A stretch of DNA of 42,718 nucleotides from a virus: IMG/VR virus record IMGVR_UViG_3300014011_000001, positions 1 through 42,718 of that record. The stretch is one strand, 5' to 3'. This document shows positions 1 to 8,120 of this stretch, one piece after another. Numbering within the stretch: position 1 is the stretch's first letter; each line of letters begins with the position of its first letter. Below the pieces are notes generated by a model. The model was given only the letters and a program-made list of their open reading frames with translations, was not told where the DNA came from and searched no databases. The position numbers and the translations under genes are program-made.

Positions 1-107
1 AAGTACAAACATCCAAGTTACAACGACCACAACTTAATTTTGGAGTGGATGATGAATGAATCAAGATATTAGCATGGAGCTCATTGAGAAAAGCATCTTG
101 GCAACAA
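1..107. repeat. Terminal duplication: nt 1-107 are identical to nt 42612-42718 (circular-contig overlap)
   Basis: Both ends compared base by base and found identical. The 107-mer lies inside coding sequence (3' end of the DnaD-like gene, 5' end of the helicase gene), so it is an assembly overlap of a circular or permuted molecule. Confidence 0.95.
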
Positions 108-1348
108 TGCTAAAAGAAAACTATTTGATTACTGATAGTTTGATTGGTGAAACCCATTTCACGACATTGGTCCACCGAAATATTTACAACTCAATGCGTC
201 AGCTGGCTAGTCAGGGGAAATCATGTGACTATATCACATTGTTAACGACAAGAGAGCCAGAAGAGTTAGGCGGAGCCAATTATCTAAAGGATTTAACTAA
301 CTATCACAATCCAACAATGTTTGATCAGTATGCAGCTACGCTACTCGAAAATTGGCGTGAAGGTGAAAAGCGCAATATTTTATTTGCTGCACAGGCTGAA
401 AATTGGTCAATTGCAGACATACAAAAGGCTTTGGCTGAAATAGAGGACATAAATACTGAATCAGAAATGCCATTTATACAATACTTAGCATCGATTGGTG
501 AACTACCTTATGAAGTGCCAAGTGAACCAAATGGAATTTATACAGGTATCAATGATTTTGACCTTATGACAGATGGTTTACAAGATGGGGAGTTAACAAT
601 CATTGCTGCTAGGCCATCAATGGGTAAAACGGATACTTTTAATCACATTGCACTCAATGTTGGATTATCTGGATACTTCCCAATCATTTTCTCGTTGGAG
701 ATGCCTAAAAAAACATTAACCAAACGATTGATTGCAGCTCTTGGAAACTTTAATCGTAATGCTATCAGAAATCCTTATAAGCACTTTAGTGAGGCACAAA
801 AAGAAAAATGGCTGCCAACTATCACTGAATTAAGCCAAACAAATATAGAGATCGATGATAGACCAGGAATTACAACAGCACAAATTAAAGCTCAGGCACG
901 TAAGTGGATAAAAGAAAAACCTAATCTAAAGCCTGTTATTTTAATTGACTATCTACAGATCATAAAAGGCGAAGAAAAAGCTGGACGAACTCAAACACAA
1001 ATTGTTGGACAAATTAGTGCTGATTTAAAAAATATGGCGAGAGAATTTAATTGTCCTGTAGTTTGTCTAAGCCAATTATCACGAGGCGTTGAGCAAAGGC
1101 AAGATAAACGTCCAATGATGAGTGATTTACGTGATTCTGGAAGTATCGAACAAGATGCAGATGTTATTGCTTTTCTATATCGAGATGAGTATTACAACGC
1201 CGAAAGTGAAAAAAAAGGCATGATGGAGATCATTATTGCTAAACAACGCAATGGGCAAACAGGGCCAATAAGTGTGATTTATAAAAAAGAAACAGGAAAG
1301 ATACTCAATATTGACTGGGACAGCCAACGTTCAGCAACTCCTGGATGA
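56..1348 (+). CDS. dnaB: DnaB-family replicative DNA helicase
   Basis: 430 aa. Walker A in GELTIIAARPSMGKTD, then LIDYLQII and LSQLSRGVEQRQDKRPMMSDLRDSGSIEQDADVI, all hallmark DnaB motifs. ATGA start/stop overlap with the DnaD-like gene across the circular junction. Confidence 0.92.
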   Translation: MNQDISMELIEKSILATMLKENYLITDSLIGETHFTTLVHRNIYNSMRQLASQGKSCDYITLLTTREPEELGGANYLKDLTNYHNPTMFDQYAATLLENWREGEKRNILFAAQAENWSIADIQKALAEIEDINTESEMPFIQYLASIGELPYEVPSEPNGIYTGINDFDLMTDGLQDGELTIIAARPSMGKTDTFNHIALNVGLSGYFPIIFSLEMPKKTLTKRLIAALGNFNRNAIRNPYKHFSEAQKEKWLPTITELSQTNIEIDDRPGITTAQIKAQARKWIKEKPNLKPVILIDYLQIIKGEEKAGRTQTQIVGQISADLKNMAREFNCPVVCLSQLSRGVEQRQDKRPMMSDLRDSGSIEQDADVIAFLYRDEYYNAESEKKGMMEIIIAKQRNGQTGPISVIYKKETGKILNIDWDSQRSATPG

Positions 1349-1772
1349 TGCTGTAACACATGATGTTCCTTACATGGCCCACCTTATTTACTTTTTGACA
1401 CTAACTAAAAAAGTCGAACTAAACAGCCCTGCAAGCATGATCACAAACATTCATTTACAGCCAGAAGAATACGCTCAATTTTTGAAGATGTATCAATCAG
1501 ACGTTTTGCAAATGCGTATGATAAAGCTTTTCGCAGTACAAATCAACATTCGTGAATTTGCATTCTATTTTGCTAAAAATCCAGCTGAAGTACAGGTCGA
1601 ACATCAGAAAATCTATGGTAATTTGCCAAAGAAAATGTCTAATGCATATAACCAAATGATTGATCGCAGTTTTTATTTTCCTGAAAGCAAGCAATATAAG
1701 AGTTTTAGAGATTTGTTAAAAGAAACCGTTGAATTTCCCAAATACGTTTGCACATTGGAGGCAGCAATATGA
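1311..1772 (+). CDS. Hypothetical early protein (153 aa; start uncertain, TTG 1311 or ATG 1374)
   Basis: Long ORF co-directional with the operon, overlapping the helicase 3' end. No motif recognised. Confidence 0.5.
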   Translation: MTGTANVQQLLDDAVTHDVPYMAHLIYFLTLTKKVELNSPASMITNIHLQPEEYAQFLKMYQSDVLQMRMIKLFAVQINIREFAFYFAKNPAEVQVEHQKIYGNLPKKMSNAYNQMIDRSFYFPESKQYKSFRDLLKETVEFPKYVCTLEAAI

Positions 1773-1969
1773 TTGTTTGGACCTTATATCGTGGCGAACT
1801 TGTAGCTTTTGGAGAGTACAACAACGAAGAATTACTGCAGATGAAAAGGGAAGGTTGGAGAATTGCTTATTCAGTGGAATTAAAACTTCAACCAATCAAA
1901 AAAAGGCGCAAGCGTCATGGACAGAAAGTAGTCGGAGTGAATAAAAATGGCATACGAGTTATGCAATAA
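1769..1969 (+). CDS. Hypothetical small early protein (66 aa)
   Basis: ATG at 1769 preceded by GGAGG (1757-1761). ATGA overlap with the previous stop. Basic C-terminus KKRRKRHGQK. Confidence 0.5.
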   Translation: MIVWTLYRGELVAFGEYNNEELLQMKREGWRIAYSVELKLQPIKKRRKRHGQKVVGVNKNGIRVMQ

Positions 1970-2126
1970 ATGTTTTAACACAAAGTGGCTCATGAATGAA
2001 TTGAAATGTGATCTAAAGATAGCAACATACAGCAAGAATAAAGAACTATCGCTATTTGCACAGCAACTATTAAAGAATATTGGAGAGTACGAGAATGCCA
2101 GCTATTTCACTAAAACAAGCCGATAA
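1947..2126 (+). CDS. Possible 59-aa Cys-containing ORF (below the ORF-track cutoff)
   Basis: ATG 1947 preceded by GGAGTG at 7-nt spacing. Translates MAYELCNKCFNTKWLMNELKCD... It overlaps both neighbouring ORFs, so it is uncertain. Confidence 0.3.
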   Translation: MAYELCNKCFNTKWLMNELKCDLKIATYSKNKELSLFAQQLLKNIGEYENASYFTKTSR

Positions 2127-2280
2127 AATTTCAGGTTTTTTAAGACACCTGGAAGGAGCTGAATTTACAGATTGGCAATTCAGTGAGGATCGGACAGTAA
2201 TTAAAGCTCGTGATATTGAGGGCGATGTATACGAAATTACATTTATACCTAATCCAAAGGGAGGACAAGCCAATGAATAA
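2095..2280 (+). CDS. Hypothetical small early protein (61 aa)
   Basis: In-frame ATG 2095 preceded by GGAGAG. Co-directional with the operon. Confidence 0.45.
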   Translation: MPAISLKQADKISGFLRHLEGAEFTDWQFSEDRTVIKARDIEGDVYEITFIPNPKGGQANE

Positions 2281-2686
2281 TCAAACAAAAATCAATTTAG
2301 AAACTTTTGCAGGTGGCGCATTAGCTGAAAAAACAAATATTGAATTACAAAAAGTGATGGATAACATATTTGATCCAAACACAGATGCTACAAAAGCTCG
2401 TAAAGTAACAATTACTTTAACGCTAAAAGCAGATGAAAAACGTGAAATTATTGCAACCAATGTTGATACAAAATGCACGCTTGTAGCAGCTAAAGGTGTT
2501 GCTACAACAATGCTACTAGGTACTGATTCATCTGGAAAGGTGGTGGGACGAGAACTAGCAAGTGGATCACCTGGTCAAACTTACTTCGGTGATGATGGCA
2601 AGATACGAAATGATGAGGGTGAATTGCTAGAAGATGAAGTGAAAGTAGTTGAGGACACAGTAGTAAAGAAAGTCAAATTCCAATAA
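2273..2686 (+). CDS. Hypothetical early protein (137 aa)
   Basis: ATG 2273 preceded by GGAGG (about 2259). Starts MNNQTKINLETFAGG... No family recognised. Confidence 0.6.
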   Translation: MNNQTKINLETFAGGALAEKTNIELQKVMDNIFDPNTDATKARKVTITLTLKADEKREIIATNVDTKCTLVAAKGVATTMLLGTDSSGKVVGRELASGSPGQTYFGDDGKIRNDEGELLEDEVKVVEDTVVKKVKFQ

Positions 2687-2704
2687 AAGAAAAGAGGAAA
2701 CTAA

Positions 2705-3418
2705 ATGCTAACAGAATTTTTAAACAGATTATTAGAATTAAAACGACCTGAAACTGTAGATATTAAAGGCCAAACATTCAGTACTGAACGTTTGCATCTT
2801 ATTCCAGACAGCCCATCTGTAGATGCAATTGAAATCCACAGTTTAACAGGAGTCGTTGATTACATTAAATCGAATTTTGACAATCGTAGCAAGTTATTAA
2901 TTCATATCGAGTCGCCAACAAGATTGGAACTAATCGATTCACTAGATAGCACAAATAATCGCAGGGTGTTCCTAAAATCCAAAGCAATTTTACCTGAAAT
3001 CACCTTTGATCGCTTTGTAGATCGTGAGCATTTCCAAATTATGATGCAAGCAAATTTTGTTGAAACACCTGACAAAATCAAGGTGCTAGACATCATTAGT
3101 CATATACATGTTGACCAAGGTTCAGCCCAAGTAAAAGACAATGGATTAACTCAAACAGTTACTGTAAACGCAGGCGCAGCATCATTAAGTAATGAAACAT
3201 TACCAGAAAAAGTTATGTTAAAGCCATTCCGTACTTTTTCAGAAGTACCACAGCCACCATCTGATTACATTTTAAGATTAAACAATCAAGGAAATGTGGC
3301 TATTTTTGAGGCAGATGGTGGTTCATGGCAACTAGAAGCAATCGAAAACATTGCGGAGTTTTTCCAAAAAGAATTAACAGAAGAAATAGAAGCAAAAAAC
3401 ATTCACGTATTGCGTTAG
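2705..3418 (+). CDS. Hypothetical early protein (237 aa)
   Basis: RBS AAGAGGAAA before ATG 2705. Long uninterrupted ORF. No family recognised. Confidence 0.65.
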   Translation: MLTEFLNRLLELKRPETVDIKGQTFSTERLHLIPDSPSVDAIEIHSLTGVVDYIKSNFDNRSKLLIHIESPTRLELIDSLDSTNNRRVFLKSKAILPEITFDRFVDREHFQIMMQANFVETPDKIKVLDIISHIHVDQGSAQVKDNGLTQTVTVNAGAASLSNETLPEKVMLKPFRTFSEVPQPPSDYILRLNNQGNVAIFEADGGSWQLEAIENIAEFFQKELTEEIEAKNIHVLR

Positions 3419-3471
3419 AAACAAAGGGGCCGTATTATACGGCTCCCAATTTTTAAACAGGAGGTATAAAT

Positions 3472-3741
3472 GTGCGTTATTTTGAAGTAGTAGAGCCGTA
3501 CTATGCATTGCTAAAAGCTAAAAATCCAAGCAATGCAAAGGAAATGTATACAGAAAAATTCAAAGAAGTTACACCAATTACAGCTGATGAATTACTAGAA
3601 ATGAAAGAGGTACCAGTGGAGTACGCATCCATTGCTTTCAGCAGATCCTTAAATGACAAAGAAATACCGTTAGAAGCAATAGTGCAAAAGCTAACTAATC
3701 GTACTGAAGCAATTCTAACGATAGATGGTTGTGTTATATGA
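3472..3741 (+). CDS. Hypothetical protein (89 aa, GTG start)
   Basis: AGGAGG at 3459-3464 upstream of GTG 3472. Confidence 0.55.
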   Translation: MRYFEVVEPYYALLKAKNPSNAKEMYTEKFKEVTPITADELLEMKEVPVEYASIAFSRSLNDKEIPLEAIVQKLTNRTEAILTIDGCVI

Positions 3742-3862
3742 GACAAAATAAAAATAGCACACTAGGGCAAGTAGTGAGCTATCAATTCAAAAGTATTGTA
3801 ACGAGATTATTATAGCATTTAATCTTTTTATCACCAAATAGAAAAATTAAAGGGTGAACGAA

Positions 3863-4078
3863 ATGAAAAAGGACACATGGATATTAAAAGAACAGTTAGA
3901 CACGCCACTTTGTGATGTGTTTCCTGGAACAATAACAAATGGAACAGTTCGACAATGGGTTGTGATCACAGAATTTGTATTAGGTATTGCACCTGCCAAT
4001 TTAGATGTCATGAGCTATGAAGAGCTTAATAAATACGTTGATTCTTTGGATGAAAAGTTGAAGAGTTTAGAAAGCTGA
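3863..4078 (+). CDS. Hypothetical protein (71 aa)
   Basis: ATG 3863 with AAAGGGTGA upstream. The ORF track starts it at GTG 3854. Confidence 0.55.
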   Translation: MKKDTWILKEQLDTPLCDVFPGTITNGTVRQWVVITEFVLGIAPANLDVMSYEELNKYVDSLDEKLKSLES

Positions 4079-4151
4079 GGAGAACGTGTACATCGTACCA
4101 TTCAGCAAAAGTTAACTGCTAAAAAAAGAATGTCAGGGAGGTGTAACGTGC

Positions 4152-4328
4152 ATGGCAAGTCGCAATAAGCATAAAGTTCTTACTCGTTCTAATAAAAAGA
4201 CAATTATTCAGCATGGTGAACTCACACGCATTTTAAACGCGACAGAAATTGCACAATGGCATCACATTACTAATAAGATTGAACGCTTTGATGAAAAAGA
4301 AGAACAACGTTTAAAAATTACTCAATAA
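4152..4328 (+). CDS. Small ORF (58 aa) missing from the ORF track
   Basis: GGAGG at about 4136-4140, ATG 4152, translates MASRNKHKVLTRSNKKTIIQHGELTRILNATEIAQWHH..., stop TAA 4326-4328. It fills a gap otherwise covered only by an antisense ORF. Confidence 0.4.
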   Translation: MASRNKHKVLTRSNKKTIIQHGELTRILNATEIAQWHHITNKIERFDEKEEQRLKITQ

Positions 4329-4367
4329 TCATTTAGAACATTGTTCAATTCGAAGGGAGCAGAGTGA

Positions 4368-4544
4368 ATGTATTTTATAGCTGATGGAGAATTAACATCA
4401 AGAGGTGAATTTGTTTCTTCATACTCTAAAGGTGATGAAGTGAAAGTTTTAAAAGAAGAAGAGAACCTACTCCAAGTTGTAATTATGACAGGAAATTCTA
4501 AAGGCAAGGCCGCATACATTGACGCTAATTTAGTAAGTAAGTAA
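4368..4544 (+). CDS. Small ORF (58 aa) missing from the ORF track
   Basis: GAAGGGAG upstream of ATG 4368. Translates MYFIADGELTSRGEFVSSYSKGDEVKVLKEEENLLQVVIMTGNSKGKAAYIDANLVSK. Same strand as the whole early operon. Confidence 0.45.
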   Translation: MYFIADGELTSRGEFVSSYSKGDEVKVLKEEENLLQVVIMTGNSKGKAAYIDANLVSK

Positions 4545-4671
4545 TAAGTTATTCGACAGGCATTGTGCAGCATTGTTGATGCAGGTGATGAAATTTGGGC
4601 GATTATCACAACAGCTAAAAGATCATACACGCTAACAACAATTAATTTTGACTGAAAGGAGCCTTTAAATA

Positions 4672-4917
4672 ATGAGAATCTTATCAGAAATCATTGACGA
4701 TATGATTGAGGGGAAAATGCCAAGTCATGAAGAATGTTACTGGGCGTTACAAGCATACAGATTCATGCTAAATATGGACCATAGACAACTTAGAGAAGAA
4801 TTGCTAAGTGAATTTAGACAGCCAGAAGTCTTTCGCAAGATGAAAGCAGAGGCATCATTCGATATGTATAAAGGTGCTCTAAATGAATCACCTAAAGAAT
4901 GGTGTGGTGAACAGTAG
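4672..4917 (+). CDS. Hypothetical protein (81 aa)
   Basis: AAAGGAG RBS before ATG 4672. Confidence 0.6.
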   Translation: MRILSEIIDDMIEGKMPSHEECYWALQAYRFMLNMDHRQLREELLSEFRQPEVFRKMKAEASFDMYKGALNESPKEWCGEQ

Positions 4918-5111
4918 TGCAAACAGTAAAAATTTTGATCCAAGTTCTAGCTATTATGTATTGGATAGTTATGGGCCTATTGGTGTTATTTAAAATTTAT
5001 ACACCACCAAGCTACGTTATAGCAGCTGCTTTTATTTTAACAGGAATATCAATGGCCTTACTGATGTTCACTAGTGTTCCAATTACAAAAGTGCATATTC
5101 ACCATCATTGA
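4917..5111 (+). CDS. Small predicted membrane protein (64 aa, two hydrophobic helices)
   Basis: GTG start overlapping the previous stop (TAGTG). Sequence ILIQVLAIMYWIVMGLLVLF ... YVIAAAFILTGISMALLMF. Confidence 0.5.
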   Translation: MQTVKILIQVLAIMYWIVMGLLVLFKIYTPPSYVIAAAFILTGISMALLMFTSVPITKVHIHHH

Positions 5112-5149
5112 GAGTTAGTTGAAAGAAAATGTACAGGAGGACAATTAGT

Positions 5150-5299
5150 TTGTTGACATTCACTGAATGGTACAAGGTTGTGTATGACGACGAATGGACT
5201 GAAAACCATACTTTGATAACATCTACTTTATTGCGATTAGTGGAGGAGTACGAAAAATACTGTGAAATCAATGGATATGATCCTGTTTGGAACGGTTGA
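5150..5299 (+). CDS. Small ORF (49 aa, TTG start) missing from the ORF track
   Basis: AGGAGG at 5135-5140 and TTG 5150. Translates LLTFTEWYKVVYDDEWTENHTLITSTLLRLVEEYEKYCEINGYDPVWNG. Confidence 0.4.
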   Translation: MLTFTEWYKVVYDDEWTENHTLITSTLLRLVEEYEKYCEINGYDPVWNG

Positions 5300-5333
5300 A
5301 AGATATTGTTCAATACGAAGGGAGAAAAAATAA

Positions 5334-5663
5334 ATGGCAAATCAAACTGTAGGATTTAATTATCATGAAAAGGTAATCACAAATTATTGCAATAGAGCCT
5401 ACGAAATTGCGAAAAGTAAAGGGTGGCATGATGAAGAAAGAGAAACAGGTACTTTGTTAGCGTTAATCCATAGTGAAGTAAGCGAAGCATTAGAAGCAGA
5501 TCGTAAAGGCGATGCAGAAAATTTTGTTGAGGAATTAGCAGATGTATGTATCCGTATTTTCGATTTATGTGGTTCTCGTAACATTGATTTAGGAAAAGCT
5601 ATAGAGTCAAAAATGCTTAAAAATGAAGGTCGTTCATATAAACATGGTGGAAAAGCCTACTGA
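5334..5663 (+). CDS. MazG-like nucleotide pyrophosphohydrolase
   Basis: 109 aa with the metal-binding acidic helices HSEVSEALEA and FVEELADVCIRIFDL, typical of the all-alpha MazG NTP-PPase fold. RBS GAAGGGAG. Confidence 0.7.
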   Translation: MANQTVGFNYHEKVITNYCNRAYEIAKSKGWHDEERETGTLLALIHSEVSEALEADRKGDAENFVEELADVCIRIFDLCGSRNIDLGKAIESKMLKNEGRSYKHGGKAY

Positions 5664-5697
5664 ACAATATGAGGAAAAAACGAAAGGGAGTTATAAA

Positions 5698-5829
5698 GTG
5701 AGTGAAAATCTAAGTAGAGAAGAAATGCTTGCATACCTTGTGGCTTTTGGAAAATGTGCATCAGAATACTACACGCAACTTAATGATGATAGATTAAAAC
5801 AAGAGTATGAGGATACAAGAAACGCATAA
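5698..5829 (+). CDS. Small hypothetical ORF (43 aa, GTG start)
   Basis: AAAGGGAG upstream of GTG 5698. The longer track ORF (5623) would overlap the MazG-like gene. Confidence 0.4.
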   Translation: MSENLSREEMLAYLVAFGKCASEYYTQLNDDRLKQEYEDTRNA

Positions 5830-5920
5830 AAAAAGAGCAGCAGTCACCTACTACTCAGCCAAATTATACACTAAAAGTATATCATATCTATTTGTATAGT
5901 AGGCTATAAAGGAGGATTTT

Positions 5921-6148
5921 ATGCAATCAAATGTAACAGAAGCAGAAAAAAACAGAGCACTTTTAAGTGGTACTAACCACTTAACTAGTGAAGAGTTAAA
6001 AGAACTTGCAAATTGCTCTATTGCACTTAGATTATATTTTTTAATTGCAAATGGAACTGATAAAGGTGAACAAGATTTTTATGAAATAGGCAAGCATCTG
6101 CATAGCTTTGCTATTCAATTGATTGGAAGGATGGAGTCAAATAAATGA
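5921..6148 (+). CDS. Hypothetical protein (75 aa)
   Basis: AAAGGAGG RBS before ATG 5921. Confidence 0.55.
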   Translation: MQSNVTEAEKNRALLSGTNHLTSEELKELANCSIALRLYFLIANGTDKGEQDFYEIGKHLHSFAIQLIGRMESNK

Positions 6149-6306
6149 ATGAAAAAATGCAGCTGGATGGAATCTATATCGTTCAAGATGGCAAGACAAC
6201 ATATTTAAAGCCGACTGAGCATGGTCAAGACGTTTTAATTTGGAAGAATGGGCAAGTGTTAGACGTTGAAAGAACAGATCGAACTCGAATAAAAACAAGT
6301 AAATAA
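6145..6306 (+). CDS. Small ORF (53 aa) missing from the ORF track
   Basis: ATGA overlap with the previous gene. Translates MNEKMQLDGIYIVQDGKTTYLKPTEHGQDVLIWKNGQVLDVERTDRTRIKTSK. A terminator-like hairpin follows. Confidence 0.45.
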   Translation: MNEKMQLDGIYIVQDGKTTYLKPTEHGQDVLIWKNGQVLDVERTDRTRIKTSK

Positions 6307-6330
6307 TAGTCCTTACGGAAGAACCGACGG

Positions 6331-6380
6331 GCAACGAACGACAGTGCATAGCAATGTATTGAGTTTGTTGCTTTTTTTAT
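6331..6380 (+). terminator. Candidate terminator closing the early operon
   Basis: GCAACGAAC (6331-6339) pairs with GTTTGTTGC (6363-6371, one G-U), followed by TTTTTTT. The loop is large, so confidence is moderate. Confidence 0.45.
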
Positions 6381-6387
6381 TTGAAAG

Positions 6388-6849
6388 GTGGCAATGATAA
6401 TGATGATAGACATTTTACAGAACATCGATGGGAAAGCGACACAAGAAGAAATCGAAGCCACACTTAGGCAATACCGCACGTTCATGCTAACTACTCCAGA
6501 TGAATTCATGCCTTCCATAACGGCTAAATACACACTTGAAATGCCTACATTCTCCAATATAAAACAGTCAAGTGTGGAGATGGCAGCCATTAAAAGCGTA
6601 GATCATATTAAAGAATGCGAACGCTTTTTCACCTGGTTTAATCGTGGCTTATGCAAATTAACAGTAATCGAACGCAGGTTAATCACATTAGCATACTTAG
6701 AAATGGAACCCATGTACAACTATGAAATATGTACAGAATTAAATGTGTCTGAACGAAAGTTTTATCGTATGCGTACCACAGCATTGTATAAATTGGCGTT
6801 AGCTTTAGGGAAAGAAGTATACCAGGAGAACGAGGGGGTTGTGCAATGA
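6388..6849 (+). CDS. ArpU-family phage (late) transcriptional regulator
   Basis: About 150 aa. The C-terminal segment IERRLITLAYLEMEPMYNYEICTELNVSERKFYRMRTTALYKLALALG looks like a sigma-70 region-4 HTH, as in ArpU-type regulators. Located just upstream of the packaging genes. Exact start among 6388/6400/6403 is unclear. Confidence 0.7.
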   Translation: MAMIMMIDILQNIDGKATQEEIEATLRQYRTFMLTTPDEFMPSITAKYTLEMPTFSNIKQSSVEMAAIKSVDHIKECERFFTWFNRGLCKLTVIERRLITLAYLEMEPMYNYEICTELNVSERKFYRMRTTALYKLALALGKEVYQENEGVVQ

Positions 6850-7427
6850 ATTTCGTTCAACCGATTCGAGATATGGATAAAGTGGTGGACGTACAAGAAT
6901 TTCTGGCCAGTAAGAATAAAAGAGATGAATTATTATTCTGCTTTGGCATTTATACAGGATTACGCATAAGCGATATTCTCCGTGTAAAGAAGAGTGATGT
7001 GTACAATAAAGATGTCTTTTACGTTACAGAGATGAAAACAAAAAAGTCCAGGAAAAAAAGCCGAACAGTGATGAGTAAAACACGTATCATCATTGTTCCT
7101 GAACTAAAAAAAATGATTAGTGCCTATGGCAAAGAGTTAAGGGATGAAGAGTATTTATTCAAGTCAAGGCAAGGGAAAAACAAACCCATCACACGTGTAA
7201 GAGCCTATAACATTTTAAGGGAGGCAGCCCTTGCATGTGGGTTAAGTGAAATTGGTACCCATACATTAAGAAAAACATTTGGGTATCATATTTACATGGA
7301 TTCAAAAGATGTAGCTTTACTACAGGATATATTTGGCCATAGCTCAGAACACATTACATTACGTTATATAGGGGTCAACCAGGAGGCAAAGGATAATGCA
7401 CGTAGAAATTTACGCTTCAAACGATGA
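6846..7427 (+). CDS. Small tyrosine site-specific recombinase (catalytic domain only, 193 aa)
   Basis: Catalytic signature GLRISD (Arg), HTLRKTFGYH (His-x-x-Arg), GHSSEHITLRYIG (His...Tyr). No room for an N-terminal arm- or core-binding domain. Translationally coupled to the ArpU-like gene (ATGA overlap). Confidence 0.85.
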   Translation: MNFVQPIRDMDKVVDVQEFLASKNKRDELLFCFGIYTGLRISDILRVKKSDVYNKDVFYVTEMKTKKSRKKSRTVMSKTRIIIVPELKKMISAYGKELRDEEYLFKSRQGKNKPITRVRAYNILREAALACGLSEIGTHTLRKTFGYHIYMDSKDVALLQDIFGHSSEHITLRYIGVNQEAKDNARRNLRFKR

Positions 7428-7462
7428 GAGCAATCTATGAAAAATGGATTGCTTTTTATTTT
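7428..7462 (+). terminator. Rho-independent terminator after the recombinase gene
   Basis: AGCAATC (7429-7435) pairs with GATTGCT (7447-7453), 11-nt loop, then TTTTTATTTT. Confidence 0.65.
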
Positions 7463-7607
7463 GCCCATTAACGGAAGGATGGAAAGATTTCTATCTATTC
7501 AATACATTAGAGGACTAAAGACATTGCTTCAATATAGCCATGTAAAGCTCAATTTAGGGAGTTGCTATGAAGCCACGCTGTGAGCGTGTTTAAAGGGGCT
7601 ACAGGAG

Positions 7608-7633
7608 CTTAACAGAATATAAGATATGTTAAG
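7608..7633. other. Candidate dif/lox-like tyrosine-recombinase core site
   Basis: CTTAACAGAA-TATAAG-ATATGTTAAG: two 10-bp arms in inverted orientation (8/10, outer 7 perfect) around a 6-bp centre, 180 bp downstream of the recombinase gene. Confidence 0.3.
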
Positions 7634-7705
7634 GTGAGGGATACAAGAAAAACGCTGTAAAAGGCTTGTATTGCCTTTAGGAAAGAATGTTGGATGTCAC
7701 AAACA

Positions 7706-7733
7706 TGGCAGGATTTTGGCAGACTATTGGCAG
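7706..7733 (+). repeat. Three direct TGGCAG repeats spaced exactly 11 nt apart
   Basis: TGGCAGgattt TGGCAGactat TGGCAGagatt, starting at 7706, 7717 and 7728, i.e. one helical turn apart. Lies in the 360-nt noncoding region upstream of the late genes. Confidence 0.7.
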
Positions 7734-7819
7734 AGATTCTAATTTTAACTGTGCTAGTATGTTAGTATGCAATACGTAAATATGAATGATGACAATACAA
7801 ATACGAAAGGGGCATATAC

Positions 7820-8038
7820 ATGATGAAGCAAAGCAAAGTAGACGCAATGAATGAGGCAGTAGCAGATTTTATTATTAAGAAGGTGGAGTCATTAAATCCA
7901 GACTTAGCAACAGATCGTGAGCTATCATCACTTGCAGAGCTAGTAAGAGTAGTGAATGTTGCACCTAAGACAGTTCCATTAACTGGAGTAGCTGTTGGTG
8001 AACCTATTAAGCCATACAAAAAGAAGCGACACAGATAA
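7820..8038 (+). CDS. Hypothetical protein (72 aa), first ORF before the terminase genes
   Basis: AAAGGGG RBS, ATG 7820, basic tail KPYKKKRHR. Confidence 0.55.
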   Translation: MMKQSKVDAMNEAVADFIIKKVESLNPDLATDRELSSLAELVRVVNVAPKTVPLTGVAVGEPIKPYKKKRHR

Positions 8039-8060
8039 TTCTGTATCGCTTTTTTATTTT
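8025..8060 (+). terminator. Rho-independent terminator-like hairpin
   Basis: AGCGACACAG (8025-8034) pairs with CTGTATCGCT (8041-8050), 9 of 10 bp, followed by TTTTTATTTT. Confidence 0.6.
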
Positions 8061-8120
8061 GTTGGGTCCTCCTAGGACATAAAGCCAGCTTGCGGGTCTC
8101 GCGATCCCCAAAATCGGGCT
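8061..8120. other. Locally GC-rich island upstream of terS; candidate cos/packaging initiation region
   Basis: GTTGGGTCCTCCTAGGACATAAAGCCAGCTTGCGGGTCTCGCGATCCCCAAAATCGGGCT stands out from the AT-rich surroundings. It contains the hairpin GTCCT-CCT-AGGAC and the partially symmetric GGnnTCGCGAnnCC. Position is equivalent to lambda cos relative to Nu1. Confidence 0.3.

Noticed and set aside
1-107. The 107-bp end repeat as a genuine phage direct terminal repeat or cos-flanking repeat
   Set aside because: It lies wholly within coding sequence at an arbitrary position in the replication operon, far from the terminase genes. This is typical of an assembler overlap of a circular contig.
4322-4630. 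102-aa minus-strand ORF in the early region (also 5083-5340, 6137-6349, 6225-6590, 3501-3746 on the minus strand)
   Set aside because: They oppose the early operon and lack SD sequences. The same stretches hold plus-strand ORFs with good RBSs (4368-4544, 5150-5299, 6145-6306) or known plus-strand genes.
6846-7427. Calling the 193-aa tyrosine recombinase the prophage integrase
   Set aside because: It lacks the N-terminal DNA-binding domains of phage integrases and is embedded in the late-regulator operon rather than next to the repressor. Chromosomal integration cannot be excluded without a host genome, so it is annotated only as a recombinase.
7438-7590. Small plus-strand ORFs in the 7430-7820 gap (about 48 aa from ATG 7438; 7-codon ORF at 7566-7589 with an AGGGAG RBS)
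   Set aside because: The first starts inside the terminator loop with no SD. The second is only 7 codons long. Neither is supportable as a gene.
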